From positions 1-64,000 of the forward strand of contig JBEGVZ010000018.1 in assembly GCA_041178085.1 (NCBI GenBank): a stretch of DNA of 64,000 nt. The letters are read 5' to 3'. Both the position numbers and the translations under genes were made by a program. The notes under the pieces were generated by a model. The model was not told where the DNA came from. It did not search any database and was given only the letters and a program-made list of their open reading frames with translations. This DNA comes from Pseudomonadota bacterium. Lineage in GTDB: Bacteria; Bdellovibrionota_B; Oligoflexia; Oligoflexales; RGVZ01. Each line of letters starts with the position of its first letter. Positions within the stretch are counted from its first letter, which is position 1. Below are positions 1-9,397 of the stretch, one piece after another.

Positions 1-1016
1 TGCTTCGAACAACCAAGCTCAAGGAGCTTGGATTGACCACACAAACCTATCGAAACCGCGTCTAAAGACTGCCCCAAGCGGTACAACGCCCGGATGTTCA
101 AGCACAGTGCCTTTTCACCTTTGAATACTCCACTTTGGAAATAATCCGGCCCGGACCCTTGAACTATGTTTCGATCTGATTCCACTGTTGTGATACCCGC
201 CGCCAAAAGCTTTCGACGGTGGGCAGAGGCAAAATCTGAAACGGCCGCCGCGTAACTATAACTACCTTCCTTCTTGTAGTTCATCATTCCGTCGTCTTTT
301 CTGATTCTAGTATCGTAGGTCGTAGGCATTCCAACGACAATATCGGTGCCTTCAATCAGAATCGGACCACCACTGTTTCCACCATAGGTTGAACAGTCGT
401 GAAGAAACGAAACGTCTTTAGAAACTTTCCCCGGGGTGTTTTCCCACGCTGATGCAACACTGGTCGCATAAACCTTGCAATTTTCAACAGCCCATGGGAA
501 CGAGTTGTCGCCAACCAATGCACTACTTGGATACCCAATCATCTTTAGTTTTGTACCCACAGTTGGCTCGAATCCGGCCAAGCGTAATGCGGGACCAGAC
601 CGTTGCTCCTTCATTTCGAAAAGTAGAACGTCATGAAATTCATCATCACCGGCTACCAATTCTTTACAAGTCAGTTTTTGGCCCAGGCCATCGGTGATTT
701 CGCCCCACTGAGGGTGGGCGCAAACCCGCTTGGCTGCAGTTGTTCCAGTGGGATGCACTTGATCTTCCGGCTCCCTCGAGACGCTCTGTTCGAAACAGTG
801 CCTCGCTGTCATGAACAATGTTCGGTTTTGAGAACTTTGAACAAAAAAACCCGAGCAGGTTTCAATCTTTCCGACGTAACCCTTCTCTAGCTCGTTGGCA
901 GGCCTCTGAAGACTAGTCGGATAGAGTTCCTTTGATTGCCCACGACTTGCACGGGACTTGCAGCCGAAATGAACGACTTGAGACAAAATTAGCAAAATGA
1001 TTTTTGATCGATACAT
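1..1016 (-). CDS. Trypsin-like (S1) serine protease, putative lipoprotein; 3' end runs off the window
   Basis: Not in the ORF track. Manual translation from ATG at 1016: MYRSKIILLILSQVVHFGCKSR...CSGFFV...MTARHCF...HDVLLF...HDCSTYGGNSGGPIL..., open to position 1. His/Asp/Ser triad motifs and a lipobox-like FGC are present. Confidence 0.85.
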   Translation of the reverse strand, partial: MYRSKIILLILSQVVHFGCKSRASRGQSKELYPTSLQRPANELEKGYVGKIETCSGFFVQSSQNRTLFMTARHCFEQSVSREPEDQVHPTGTTAAKRVCAHPQWGEITDGLGQKLTCKELVAGDDEFHDVLLFEMKEQRSGPALRLAGFEPTVGTKLKMIGYPSSALVGDNSFPWAVENCKVYATSVASAWENTPGKVSKDVSFLHDCSTYGGNSGGPILIEGTDIVVGMPTTYDTRIRKDDGMMNYKKEGSYSYAAAVSDFASAHRRKLLAAGITTVESDRNIVQGSGPDYFQSGVFKGEKALCLNIRALYRLGQSLDAVSIGLCGQSKLLELGCSK

Positions 1017-1422
1017 TCAGCAATCCCCAAAGAAACACGAAGTGCACTTGACGACGCCTGTTGCTCGACAAACAACAACCCAGATCAACATCGGCTAACG
1101 GGTAAATCGCATAAGATATTTTGAAGCTTTGCCTTTAAAATAAGTGCCTTGAAACCGCTTGAATTCACTTCTCCGTAGAGTTGGCCCCTTAAAAACGGAC
1201 ATCCGTCGTCAAGCGTGTTGATAGCTCCTCAGATACTCCCGGGGCGATTTCATCGCCAGCCCTTTGTGGTGCGCGGTGATTGCCACGTGGAGACTTAAAT
1301 CGCAACTGGACTTGTTTACGGGGGGAAGGTCATCACAAATAGTTTATGATAGGTTTGAAAGAACCAGAGATCGAAGGGCGTGTAGCCGTTATTAGAGGCG
1401 CCACTTCATCCAAGAGAAAAAC

Positions 1423-2361
1423 ATGCATGACACTAAACTGGTTGCGAACAATAAAATTTACCACCTGTTGCTAGCCTTCGCGGTGGCAGCGTTGGCGGTT
1501 TATTTCTTCATCAACCCCAAGGTGGCGCAGGTCGGCGATTATTCGATTTATAAAAACGAGGTTGAGTGCCGGGACGCCATCATCCTTGTGAGCTATCCAG
1601 ACGACAAAAGGAAGTTGGGTCTTTACCAGTTGACCCAGTCGTACCAGCACGCGCAGATCCTTAAGAACTTCAAACAGCCGATCACCAAGGATCAGATCCA
1701 AAAGGAAAAGGAACGCATCGACAAATCCACGTTGATGCCCGAAAATCTCGCCAAGATCAAATCTGCCTGCGGTGGCGATGGCAAGGCCTACGAAAATGCG
1801 TTCATTTTGCCGACCTTGGCAGACCGGGTCATTTATTACGAGTTCTTTCTGAAAAACCAAGACATTCACAGGGAATTACTTGAGAAGGCGCAGGTATGGC
1901 GCGACCTGGCCATTAAAAGTCCTGGCGATTTCGGGACTCTGGCAAAAAAAGAAAATCATCCGGTTTCATTGTTTACGGTGTCGCTGGACCATGGGCTGGT
2001 ATGGGCTCCGCCACCCGGGATAAGGGAGGCAAGGCAAGAGCCAGCCATCATCGATCGTAGTGGCCAAGGGACCCCGGCAGCCATCCAACGAAACTTGGAC
2101 CAGCGGCAGGAAGAACAGGTTTCCGCTGAGGGCAAAAAGTGGATCGAAGAGGTCATCGCACCCCTTCAGCCTGGGCAGGTATCGTCGCGCATCATCGACC
2201 AGGGTGAAGTTTGGATGGTGGTGAAGTATCTAAGACCAACCGCAAACAAAAAAAATAGCTTCAACATGCAGGCGGCTATCTTTCCAAAAAGGAACTATGG
2301 GGAATGGCTGGAGGCTCAAAAAAAGATGATTCCGGTCAATCCACCGGTATCTATTAAGTGA
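1423..2361 (+). CDS. Membrane-anchored SurA/PrsA/PpiC-like foldase-like protein
   Basis: 312 aa with an N-terminal TM helix, VAQVGDYSIYKNEV (resembles the PrsA/SurA N-terminus), DFGTLAKK and LQPGQVSSRIID...WMVVK (parvulin-like elements). Catalytic residues are not clearly conserved. Confidence 0.5.
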   Translation: MHDTKLVANNKIYHLLLAFAVAALAVYFFINPKVAQVGDYSIYKNEVECRDAIILVSYPDDKRKLGLYQLTQSYQHAQILKNFKQPITKDQIQKEKERIDKSTLMPENLAKIKSACGGDGKAYENAFILPTLADRVIYYEFFLKNQDIHRELLEKAQVWRDLAIKSPGDFGTLAKKENHPVSLFTVSLDHGLVWAPPPGIREARQEPAIIDRSGQGTPAAIQRNLDQRQEEQVSAEGKKWIEEVIAPLQPGQVSSRIIDQGEVWMVVKYLRPTANKKNSFNMQAAIFPKRNYGEWLEAQKKMIPVNPPVSIK

Positions 2362-2413
2362 CCGCGACGATCCAGCCATCGCCAAAAGAACTGCTGGTGA
2401 TCGGAAAATTTTT

Positions 2414-5400
2414 TCACGGCGTGTAAACTCCGCCTGTGTTCATCGCACCGTTCGAGTTTTCATAACCACCCCAAATAATCATCTGGGATCCTGTCCACAC
2501 AGCGGTGTGGGCAACCCGCCCATTCGGGGCATTGTTCAATGTGATCGCTGTCCATGAGTTTCCGAACGGGTCATACTGCCCGCCTTCATTTGAATAAGAA
2601 GTTGAATAACCACCCCACACAATCATCTTGGAGCCGGTCCACACCCCAGTATGGCCCCTGCAGGCCGAAGGTGCGCCAGTCGATGTGGTTGCTGACCATG
2701 TGTTGGCAACTGGATCGTACTGTCCACCAGTATCTAAATTAGAAGAGCCGCCATACCCGCCCCATACAATCATCTTCGAACCGGTCCAGACAGCGGTATG
2801 TGCCGAGCGCGCCGCGGGGGCACCAGTGGAGTTGGTCGTGGTCCATGAGTCGCCGACTGGATCGTACAGCCCACCGTCACTAAAACGAGCCGTATCACTC
2901 CCCCCCCACACAATCATCTTTGAGCCGCTCCACACGGCGGTGTGTCCGGATCGGGCAGAGGGGGCACCTGTGGTGCTGGCCGCGGTCCAGGAATTTGCGA
3001 CCGGATCGTACACCCCACCTGTATTTAGTTTAAGGGTATTTTCCCCACCCCACACAATCATCTTGGATCCAGTCCAGACGGCACTGGGGTAGCAACGCCC
3101 AGTAGGAGCGCTTGTGGTACTTGTTGTCGACCAGGAGTCGAGCACTGGATCGTACTGCCCACCATCATTCGCAAACGATCCAGGACTACCACCCCATACA
3201 ATCATCTTGGCTCCGCTCCAGACAGCGGTGTGACAGCGGCGTGCAGCTGGCGCACCGACGGTAGTGGTGGCAGTCCAGGAGTTCGACGTAGGATCGTACT
3301 GTCCACCACTTCCAAACCTGGGGTCCCCTCCACCCCACACAATCATTTTGGAACCAGTCCAAACTGCGGTGTGATCGAATCGCGCCACCGGTGCGTTGGT
3401 TGTGGTGGTCGCCGACCAGGTATTTGGCGTAGGGTCAGATCGCAACGCATAAATCCCGCCGTCGTTCCGGGGATTGGTTCCGTCATGTCCACCCCACACA
3501 ATCATCTTGGAACCGGTCCATATCGCAGAAAGCAAGTAGCGCACAGCCGGCGCATTGGTCGACGATGTCGCTATCCATGAGTTGGCAACCGGATCGTACT
3601 GCCCACCACTATTCAATACGCTGGGATTAAAACCACCAAAGACAATCATCTTGGAACCGGTCCACACGGCGGTGTGGATGTAGCGTGCGTCAGGTGCGTT
3701 GGTAGAGGTCACTAACGACCATGAGTCCGTCGCTGGATCGTATTGCCCGCCGTCATTTAAACTGTTTCCACTGGCGGCCGCCTGCCCCCCCCAAACGATC
3801 ATCTTGGAACCAGTCCACACTGCGGTGTGGAAGTAACGCCCAACGGCAGGCGCTCCGGTGGTGGTGATTGCCGACCAGGAGTTTGTCACCGGATCGTACT
3901 TCACTCCGGTATTTAAATAACCATCGCTTGAGATTCCCCCCCAAACAATCATCTTTGATCCCGTCCAGACGGCGGTGTGATAGAAGCGTGCGTTGGGCGC
4001 GCTGGTCGTATCCGTGGCCGTCCAGGAGTTTGCAACTGGGTCATAAAGCCCGCCGGTTTTAAGATTCAAATCACCCCACACAATCATCTTGGATCCGGTC
4101 CACACTGCCGTGTGGCGGGAACGCGCGGCAGGGGCACTGGTGGTCGTGGTCGCCGTCCACGAATCCGCGACCGGATCGTACTGCCCACCGCTATTAAAAT
4201 CGGGATCGACCCCGTTATTTCCACCCCACACAATCATTTTCGAACCCGTCCATACTGCGGTTGCTTCGCGGCGCGCGGCGGGAGCGCCTGAGGTGCTGAT
4301 CGGCGTCCAGCTGTTCGCGACCGGGTCGTACTGCCCGCCATCATTTAACACAACGGTACCAAGTCCGTTTCCGGACCAAATAATCATCTTCGCCCCGGTC
4401 CAGACAGCGGTGTGGTAATACCGGGCCGACGGCGCGCCGGTGGTATTTGTTGCCGACCACGAATTAAGATTCGTATCGACGGTGATCGCAAAGCTTCCGC
4501 TCGCAGACCAGTTGCCGGCGTCATCGCGTTCTTGGACGTACAAAGTGTGCACTGCCGCGCTCAGCGCAGTTCCTGGGGTGTAACTCGTCGACGTCGTGGT
4601 CGTAGCGCCCGATGAAAAGTCGGAGCTGTCCAGTTTGTACCGGTAGCTTCCATTTCCGCCGCCTCCTGATGTCCACGACCAGGTCGGTGTGGTGTTGTTC
4701 GTCGGAGTGGTACCAGAGACTGACGGCGCTGTTGGTGCGATCGTATCGATGACAAATGTTCCACTCAGGATGTCTGAGTTCGCATATCCAGTTTTGATTG
4801 CGATAGCCTTGATCGTCTTCGTTGTCGAAACAGATACAGTCCCGGTGTACAAAAGGGACGGCGGCGTCGCAGAGGATGGCGTGGTGGAACCGTCGATCGT
4901 ATAGTAGATCGTCGCGCCAGCCGTTGCTGTCGTGATACTGACTGAAACAGAAGCCCCATATGTGCCGGGCACCACACCACTAAACACGGGCGTTGCAACC
5001 GCCCCTGCCGCAGTCGAAAAAGACACTTGGGACATCATCGTGGCATTTCCGGCACGATCGGTAGCGATCACGACGGCATGGTAGGTGGTGCCCCCAAGCA
5101 GGCCTGACAGCTGCACCGCCGTCGAACCAGCGGGAATTTCGCGTAACACGCCAAGCGTCAGGGCGTCACTTATTGAGTTCAATGGGTTTTCTGATAAGCG
5201 AACCTGGTATTTGATCTCAGATGCCGCTGCATCGTTGTCAGAGGCTGCACTCCACGACAAAGACGGCGTAAGAGTATGGTCGCCAGTAACCGATATGGTG
5301 CCAGTAAGCACTGGGGCTGTGATGTCAAATATGATGTCAGGGGAACGTAGAAGCTGTCGATTTCCATCCCGGATCACAGCTATGCAAATGTTCCATCGCC

Positions 5401-5803
5401 CTTCACCCATTGCGAAAATATCTTTGATTGTCGGTGGCGTAGGATTAGTGATGGGCTCTTGCGACCGGCAAGTTTCGGTTGAGGCTACGATCGCATACCC
5501 CTCGACAAAGAGTGTGGATTCATCAGCGATCACGAGAGCGCTGTCACGCGACTGACCTTCAGAAACTCGCATTACACCGTCAGTATTCACAGCCGCAGGA
5601 GACAAAGTTGCAGCACCTTCGAATGCCGTTTCGCAATCGGCCGCTGTGCATGTTCCAACCGCAGGCCTGTCAATCGATACTGTCATCTTGGAATTTGGGA
5701 AATTACAACCAGTGAGATGAATGCAAAGGATTGTGCCTGGCAGAACGCCAAACAGGTAACGTCCGATGGGATAGGTGAACGTCGTTTTCGAGCCGGACAA
5801 CAT
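2414..5803 (-). CDS. Large surface lipoprotein: FN3/Ig-like stalk, chitobiase/Fn3-associated domain and 14 Kelch-like repeats (two 7-bladed propellers)
   Basis: Lipobox LTGC; AVATPVFS...GATIYYTIDGS domain; 14 counted copies of R-x-x-HTAVWTGSKMIVWGG...GGxYDP. Start placed at ATG 5803 after an AGGGAGG SD; the ORF track extends to 5839. Confidence 0.85.
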   Translation of the reverse strand: MLSGSKTTFTYPIGRYLFGVLPGTILCIHLTGCNFPNSKMTVSIDRPAVGTCTAADCETAFEGAATLSPAAVNTDGVMRVSEGQSRDSALVIADESTLFVEGYAIVASTETCRSQEPITNPTPPTIKDIFAMGEGRWNICIAVIRDGNRQLLRSPDIIFDITAPVLTGTISVTGDHTLTPSLSWSAASDNDAAASEIKYQVRLSENPLNSISDALTLGVLREIPAGSTAVQLSGLLGGTTYHAVVIATDRAGNATMMSQVSFSTAAGAVATPVFSGVVPGTYGASVSVSITTATAGATIYYTIDGSTTPSSATPPSLLYTGTVSVSTTKTIKAIAIKTGYANSDILSGTFVIDTIAPTAPSVSGTTPTNNTTPTWSWTSGGGGNGSYRYKLDSSDFSSGATTTTSTSYTPGTALSAAVHTLYVQERDDAGNWSASGSFAITVDTNLNSWSATNTTGAPSARYYHTAVWTGAKMIIWSGNGLGTVVLNDGGQYDPVANSWTPISTSGAPAARREATAVWTGSKMIVWGGNNGVDPDFNSGGQYDPVADSWTATTTTSAPAARSRHTAVWTGSKMIVWGDLNLKTGGLYDPVANSWTATDTTSAPNARFYHTAVWTGSKMIVWGGISSDGYLNTGVKYDPVTNSWSAITTTGAPAVGRYFHTAVWTGSKMIVWGGQAAASGNSLNDGGQYDPATDSWSLVTSTNAPDARYIHTAVWTGSKMIVFGGFNPSVLNSGGQYDPVANSWIATSSTNAPAVRYLLSAIWTGSKMIVWGGHDGTNPRNDGGIYALRSDPTPNTWSATTTTNAPVARFDHTAVWTGSKMIVWGGGDPRFGSGGQYDPTSNSWTATTTVGAPAARRCHTAVWSGAKMIVWGGSPGSFANDGGQYDPVLDSWSTTSTTSAPTGRCYPSAVWTGSKMIVWGGENTLKLNTGGVYDPVANSWTAASTTGAPSARSGHTAVWSGSKMIVWGGSDTARFSDGGLYDPVGDSWTTTNSTGAPAARSAHTAVWTGSKMIVWGGYGGSSNLDTGGQYDPVANTWSATTSTGAPSACRGHTGVWTGSKMIVWGGYSTSYSNEGGQYDPFGNSWTAITLNNAPNGRVAHTAVWTGSQMIIWGGYENSNGAMNTGGVYTP

Positions 5804-5823
5804 TCCTGCCTCCCTTTGAGAGG

Positions 5824-5850
5824 GCATCGGCAGAATCATCGGGCAAATGA
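5824..5850 (-). promoter_or_regulatory. Candidate sigma-28 (FliA)-type promoter
   Basis: Minus strand TCAT-N15-GCCGATGC, 20 nt upstream of the ATG at 5803; consensus is TAAA-N15-GCCGATAA. Confidence 0.4.
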
Positions 5851-5898
5851 AGCAACAACTGGCAAAATTGGAACCGACAATGCCGATGTGAACGTGCC

Positions 5899-6090
5899 CT
5901 AAAAACTAAAAAAAATCGGGATGTTGCCTTGTTACCAATTAACCTGGAAATTGGGCTGGCATGGGCCCCGCCACCCGGGATAAGGGAGGCAAGCCAAGAG
6001 CCTGCCATCGTCGATCGTAGTGGTCGGGGAGCCCCGGCGGCGATCCCGCGAAATTTGGATCAGCGGCAGGAAGAACAGGAATTCGCAGGT
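5899..6090 (+). pseudogene. Internal fragment of a paralog of the foldase-like gene 1423..2361
   Basis: 5951-6080 aligns ungapped to 1991-2120 (offset 3960; 18 mismatches in 130 nt by manual count). Peptide LKTKKNRDVALLPINLEIGLAWAPPPGIREASQEPAIVDRSG vs LAKKENHPVSLFTVSLDHGLVWAPPPGIREARQEPAIIDRSG. Confidence 0.85.
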
Positions 6091-6129
6091 TTGCCGTCCG
6101 TGTACGATGCGAAGGCGGAGTTCCATTCC

Positions 6130-8517
6130 TCACGGCGGGGTATACATTCCGCCGCTAATGACGTCTGAGCCATGACCGAACGCGGTCGACCCACCCCAGA
6201 TCAACATCGCTGATCCCGTCCAAAAAGCACTGTGCCAGATTCGTCCTTCTGGCGCGTACTGCAACTGCGTTGAACCCCATTCGTTGGTCGCCGGATCGTA
6301 AATGCCTCCCGATTCCTCAAACTCACCTCCCGAATAGCCACCCCACACAATCACCTTGCTTCCTGTCCAAACCGCCGATGCATATACCCGACCGAGCGGC
6401 GCATTCGTTGTTTCCATCGCGGTCCACTGGTTACCAGGGATGTCGTACACAGATCCCGTCTGCAATTCGGAACCGTTGTGCCCGCCCCAAACCATCATCT
6501 TTGTGCCGGCCAGGACTGAGGTGAAGTTGGTTCGCGCGTCCGGGGCGTTAGTGGATGTGATCGAGCTCCAACCCGTACCGGGGATGTAAATAGCGCCATC
6601 CCCGTAGGCAGCTCCCTGATCGTCGACACCACCCCACACAACCAGTTTGGTTCCTGCCCAATGCATTGCATGGCCACGGCGCATTAGAGGAGCACCGTCC
6701 AGCGTCGTGGACGACCATGAGTTTGAACTGGGATCGTAGTGGCCACCGGTATTCGTCACACCAAACACGCCGTCCTGAAAAACGGATCCACCCCAGACGA
6801 TCATCTCAGTCCCAGTCCAAACCGCGCCGACCGAATAGGGGAACCAGCGTGGCGAAGGCGCACCAACAGCCGAAATATTGCTCCACTGATTCAAAACCGG
6901 ATCGAATGCGCCTCCCGAATCAAAAGCCGTCTCGGTGACCCGGTCAATGCCGCCCCATACAATCATCTTTGAGCCAGTCCAGATGGCAGCGTGGTTCTGT
7001 CTAGCGTCTGGTGCCCCGGCGGTCTGCACGGCCGTCCAGCTATCCGCAACCGGATCGTAAATACCACCAGTAGCTACGGGCACCAGAACCGGTTCGCCGC
7101 CTGTGCCACCACCCCAGACGATCAGTTTCGAACCCGTCCAGACGGCGGCGTGGTGTCTGCGCAGCGCAGGCGCCTGAGTCGTGCTTGTTGCCGTCCAAGA
7201 ATCTGGTTGGCTCGGTGGCGTGTCTTCGTGCGTGATCGTGTCGTTGGTGCAAGCTGTTTCGTTGCCGGCGGCATCCTTGAATTTCACGTAGACCGTTGCT
7301 GTCCCGTTGGTTTGTGCAAGGGTCCACGCTTTCGAGGTCGCATAGGCTTCGTACGTGCCGCCGCTGCCGCAGCCAGCAGTGTTGCTGATGTACATGGCCG
7401 AGGCACCCGTGGCAGCGAGGGTCAGCGTGACAGCGGTTGTGGTCGTAGAGGTGGCGCCGCTGTTGATTAAAATACTGGTCGAAGTGGGTAGCACGATGTC
7501 ACGTTCGATGTCGGCCGACGCGCCGTATGTGGTGTTGGTACCGTCTTCCAGCTTGACGCAGACCTTGTACTTCGCGTCCGATGGTGGCAAGTCGTCAACC
7601 GTTGGGATCGTTGCACCGTAAGTCATGGACGCACAGGTCGCAGAGGCAAGTCCGAGCGCAAACTCCGTCGTTGTCTGTCCGGATGCGACGAGGTTTCCGG
7701 CAAGCTCTGTTGTTCCGTCTTTTTCAGCAAGGTTTATGTAACCATCTGCTGCTTCGCCGGTAAGTGCAAGGGACGTGAAGACAGGTGGATCGGTATCGGT
7801 CTTGGTGAAGGTGCCGGTGTTGGATGCCGCGGTTTCGTTTCCGGCGGCATCGATAGCGACAACAGACACCGTGTAGGTTGTTCCGATGGTCAGCCCGGAA
7901 ACGGGGACGGCCGTGGTGGTCGTTTCGACCGGACCAACGACAGCGCCGCCGCCCTGGGGTGTGAATGTCGTCCGGTAGAGTGCAGCTCCTGCGACTTCGT
8001 TGATGGTGACGGTTTTCGAGCCTGATTCCGAAAGACTCCCGGGGACGGTGAACACCGGCAGGTGATTTGTATCTTTGATGACGTTTCGCTTCAGCGCGTA
8101 AACCACATTGTTGCTGTTGGCTGTCTTCAGGAATGCAAATTCAATTTTCACATCGCCATCGGGCAGGGAAGTTAAATCAAGTGTGGTGCCAAAGGCCCCC
8201 GTTTCTCCGTCGCAAGTCAGTGCAACCGTGATCTCGCTGTTTATCACAGAGATTTTCACGGCAGCGGAACCAGAGATACAGGTTCCGGATACCTTGATGG
8301 CAATCGAAGTGGTGGCGTTTGCATAACTGTTGTCGGGGGGGAGCAGGGCAGTCACACGATCGATATCCACACCGGACTCGAGTGTGGTCATTGGCGGTCC
8401 TTTTTTTACAACAGTCTCCACCTTTGCGTCGCCAAACCAGTCGCAGGCAGGGAGTGTTGCCGACATACAGGCCGCTGCAAGGAAACGGGTCGTGGTGTTT
8501 TTGTCTAGGTAGAACAT
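6130..8517 (-). CDS. Surface lipoprotein with Ig-like/FN3 stalk and 7 Kelch-like repeats
   Basis: Lipobox LPAC; Thr-rich Ig-like modules (DAAGNE motifs); 7 AVWTGSKMIVWGG-type blades. TTG at 8523 is an alternative start. Confidence 0.85.
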   Translation of the reverse strand: MFYLDKNTTTRFLAAACMSATLPACDWFGDAKVETVVKKGPPMTTLESGVDIDRVTALLPPDNSYANATTSIAIKVSGTCISGSAAVKISVINSEITVALTCDGETGAFGTTLDLTSLPDGDVKIEFAFLKTANSNNVVYALKRNVIKDTNHLPVFTVPGSLSESGSKTVTINEVAGAALYRTTFTPQGGGAVVGPVETTTTAVPVSGLTIGTTYTVSVVAIDAAGNETAASNTGTFTKTDTDPPVFTSLALTGEAADGYINLAEKDGTTELAGNLVASGQTTTEFALGLASATCASMTYGATIPTVDDLPPSDAKYKVCVKLEDGTNTTYGASADIERDIVLPTSTSILINSGATSTTTTAVTLTLAATGASAMYISNTAGCGSGGTYEAYATSKAWTLAQTNGTATVYVKFKDAAGNETACTNDTITHEDTPPSQPDSWTATSTTQAPALRRHHAAVWTGSKLIVWGGGTGGEPVLVPVATGGIYDPVADSWTAVQTAGAPDARQNHAAIWTGSKMIVWGGIDRVTETAFDSGGAFDPVLNQWSNISAVGAPSPRWFPYSVGAVWTGTEMIVWGGSVFQDGVFGVTNTGGHYDPSSNSWSSTTLDGAPLMRRGHAMHWAGTKLVVWGGVDDQGAAYGDGAIYIPGTGWSSITSTNAPDARTNFTSVLAGTKMMVWGGHNGSELQTGSVYDIPGNQWTAMETTNAPLGRVYASAVWTGSKVIVWGGYSGGEFEESGGIYDPATNEWGSTQLQYAPEGRIWHSAFWTGSAMLIWGGSTAFGHGSDVISGGMYTPP

Positions 8518-8526
8518 TCTCAATTA

Positions 8527-8553
8527 GATTCGGAACTTACATGGCATTCTTTA
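8527..8553 (-). promoter_or_regulatory. Candidate sigma-28 (FliA)-type promoter
   Basis: Minus strand TAAA-gaatgccatgtaagt(15)-TCCGAATC immediately upstream of the propeller lipoprotein start. Confidence 0.5.
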
Positions 8554-8626
8554 GCAGGCATTATGTGGGGCGACGGAGGAATAAATAGCTGTAATTCCAG
8601 CTACTTAAGGCGGCGAGGAAGTGTCG

Positions 8627-9232
8627 GTTGTAGGAAATTGAAGCGCGGTTTGGAATCTACCTAACCCACCCTGCAATCCGACAATTTACCTGGACCATCC
8701 GCTAAGGACCAATATTTCGGCCTTCTCCAGCCACCCAACACCCCCATCAAACGCCCAATCCCTGCACCTCCCCAATTTTCGAAAGCACTCCCCCACCGGC
8801 ACCATTTTTCGCGGCGCTTACCATCACCACTTAAACAGTGATTTAATCCCAACCTTGCGACGGCACCTGATCCGTACTGGCATCAAATGCAGGACCAGCA
8901 TCAAACTCCATCACCACGGGCTTAAATTGCGGCGGGGCGCGTACAGGGGTCTCACTGGGAAGCCCGGCGTGAGGAAGGTAGCGCCCCGCCGCATCCGGGT
9001 CACAGATTGCCGCAACGGCGCGCAGCTCTCCGCCGCAAGGACAGCGAGTGATGTCGATCTTGAAGACCCGCGAAAGAAGCCTCGCCGAGCTCGACCCTTG
9101 AAGAGGGCTTCGCTTTGATCCCGCTTCGTCATCTGCCTGCCCAACTGCGTCAACACTATCCTCGGCATCATGCAGCTGAACACTCGACGCAGTGGAGCCT
9201 GCCGACGCCGTGTTGTGAAGGGACTGTACACG
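8627..9232 (-). mobile_element. IS91/ISCR-family remnant: transposase C-terminal fragment (8843-9232) plus oriIS-like end (8627-8646)
   Basis: Start-less minus frame reads ...SSARLLSRVFKIDITRCPCGGELRAVAAICDPDAAGRYLPHAGLPSETPVRAPP..., matching the WAxLLxRVFxIDxxxCPxCGGxxRxIAxIxDP...LGLP tail of IS91/ISCR transposases (W appears as S). GCGCTTCAATTTCCTACAAC lies about 200 nt past the stop. Confidence 0.7.
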
Positions 9233-9397
9233 TCAATTTGCTACCGGTCGAAAAATAGCGCTTCTCAGATAACTTTCGGATGGCCTGCATTCCGTAGCGG
9301 AAGGCGTCTAATAACCTCCGGCGTCACGCCATCGGATGTGACCGACGATCGAACAACACGGAGGTCACAATATCTTGCGTCACAGCGAAACGGTCAC

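Noticed and set aside
1991..6080. Repeat pair 1991-2120 / 5951-6080 as a diversity-generating retroelement TR/VR
   Set aside because: Only about half the mismatches are at adenines, many are synonymous, the repeat is mid-gene, and no reverse transcriptase is in the window.
2414..7200. Periodic ~150-nt DNA repeats as a CRISPR array
   Set aside because: They are degenerate in-frame codons of Kelch-like blades inside long ORFs; no cas genes are present.
8855..9231. ORF-track ORFs 8855..9118(+) and 8911..9231(-) as genes
   Set aside because: They are alternative frames over the IS91-type transposase fragment.
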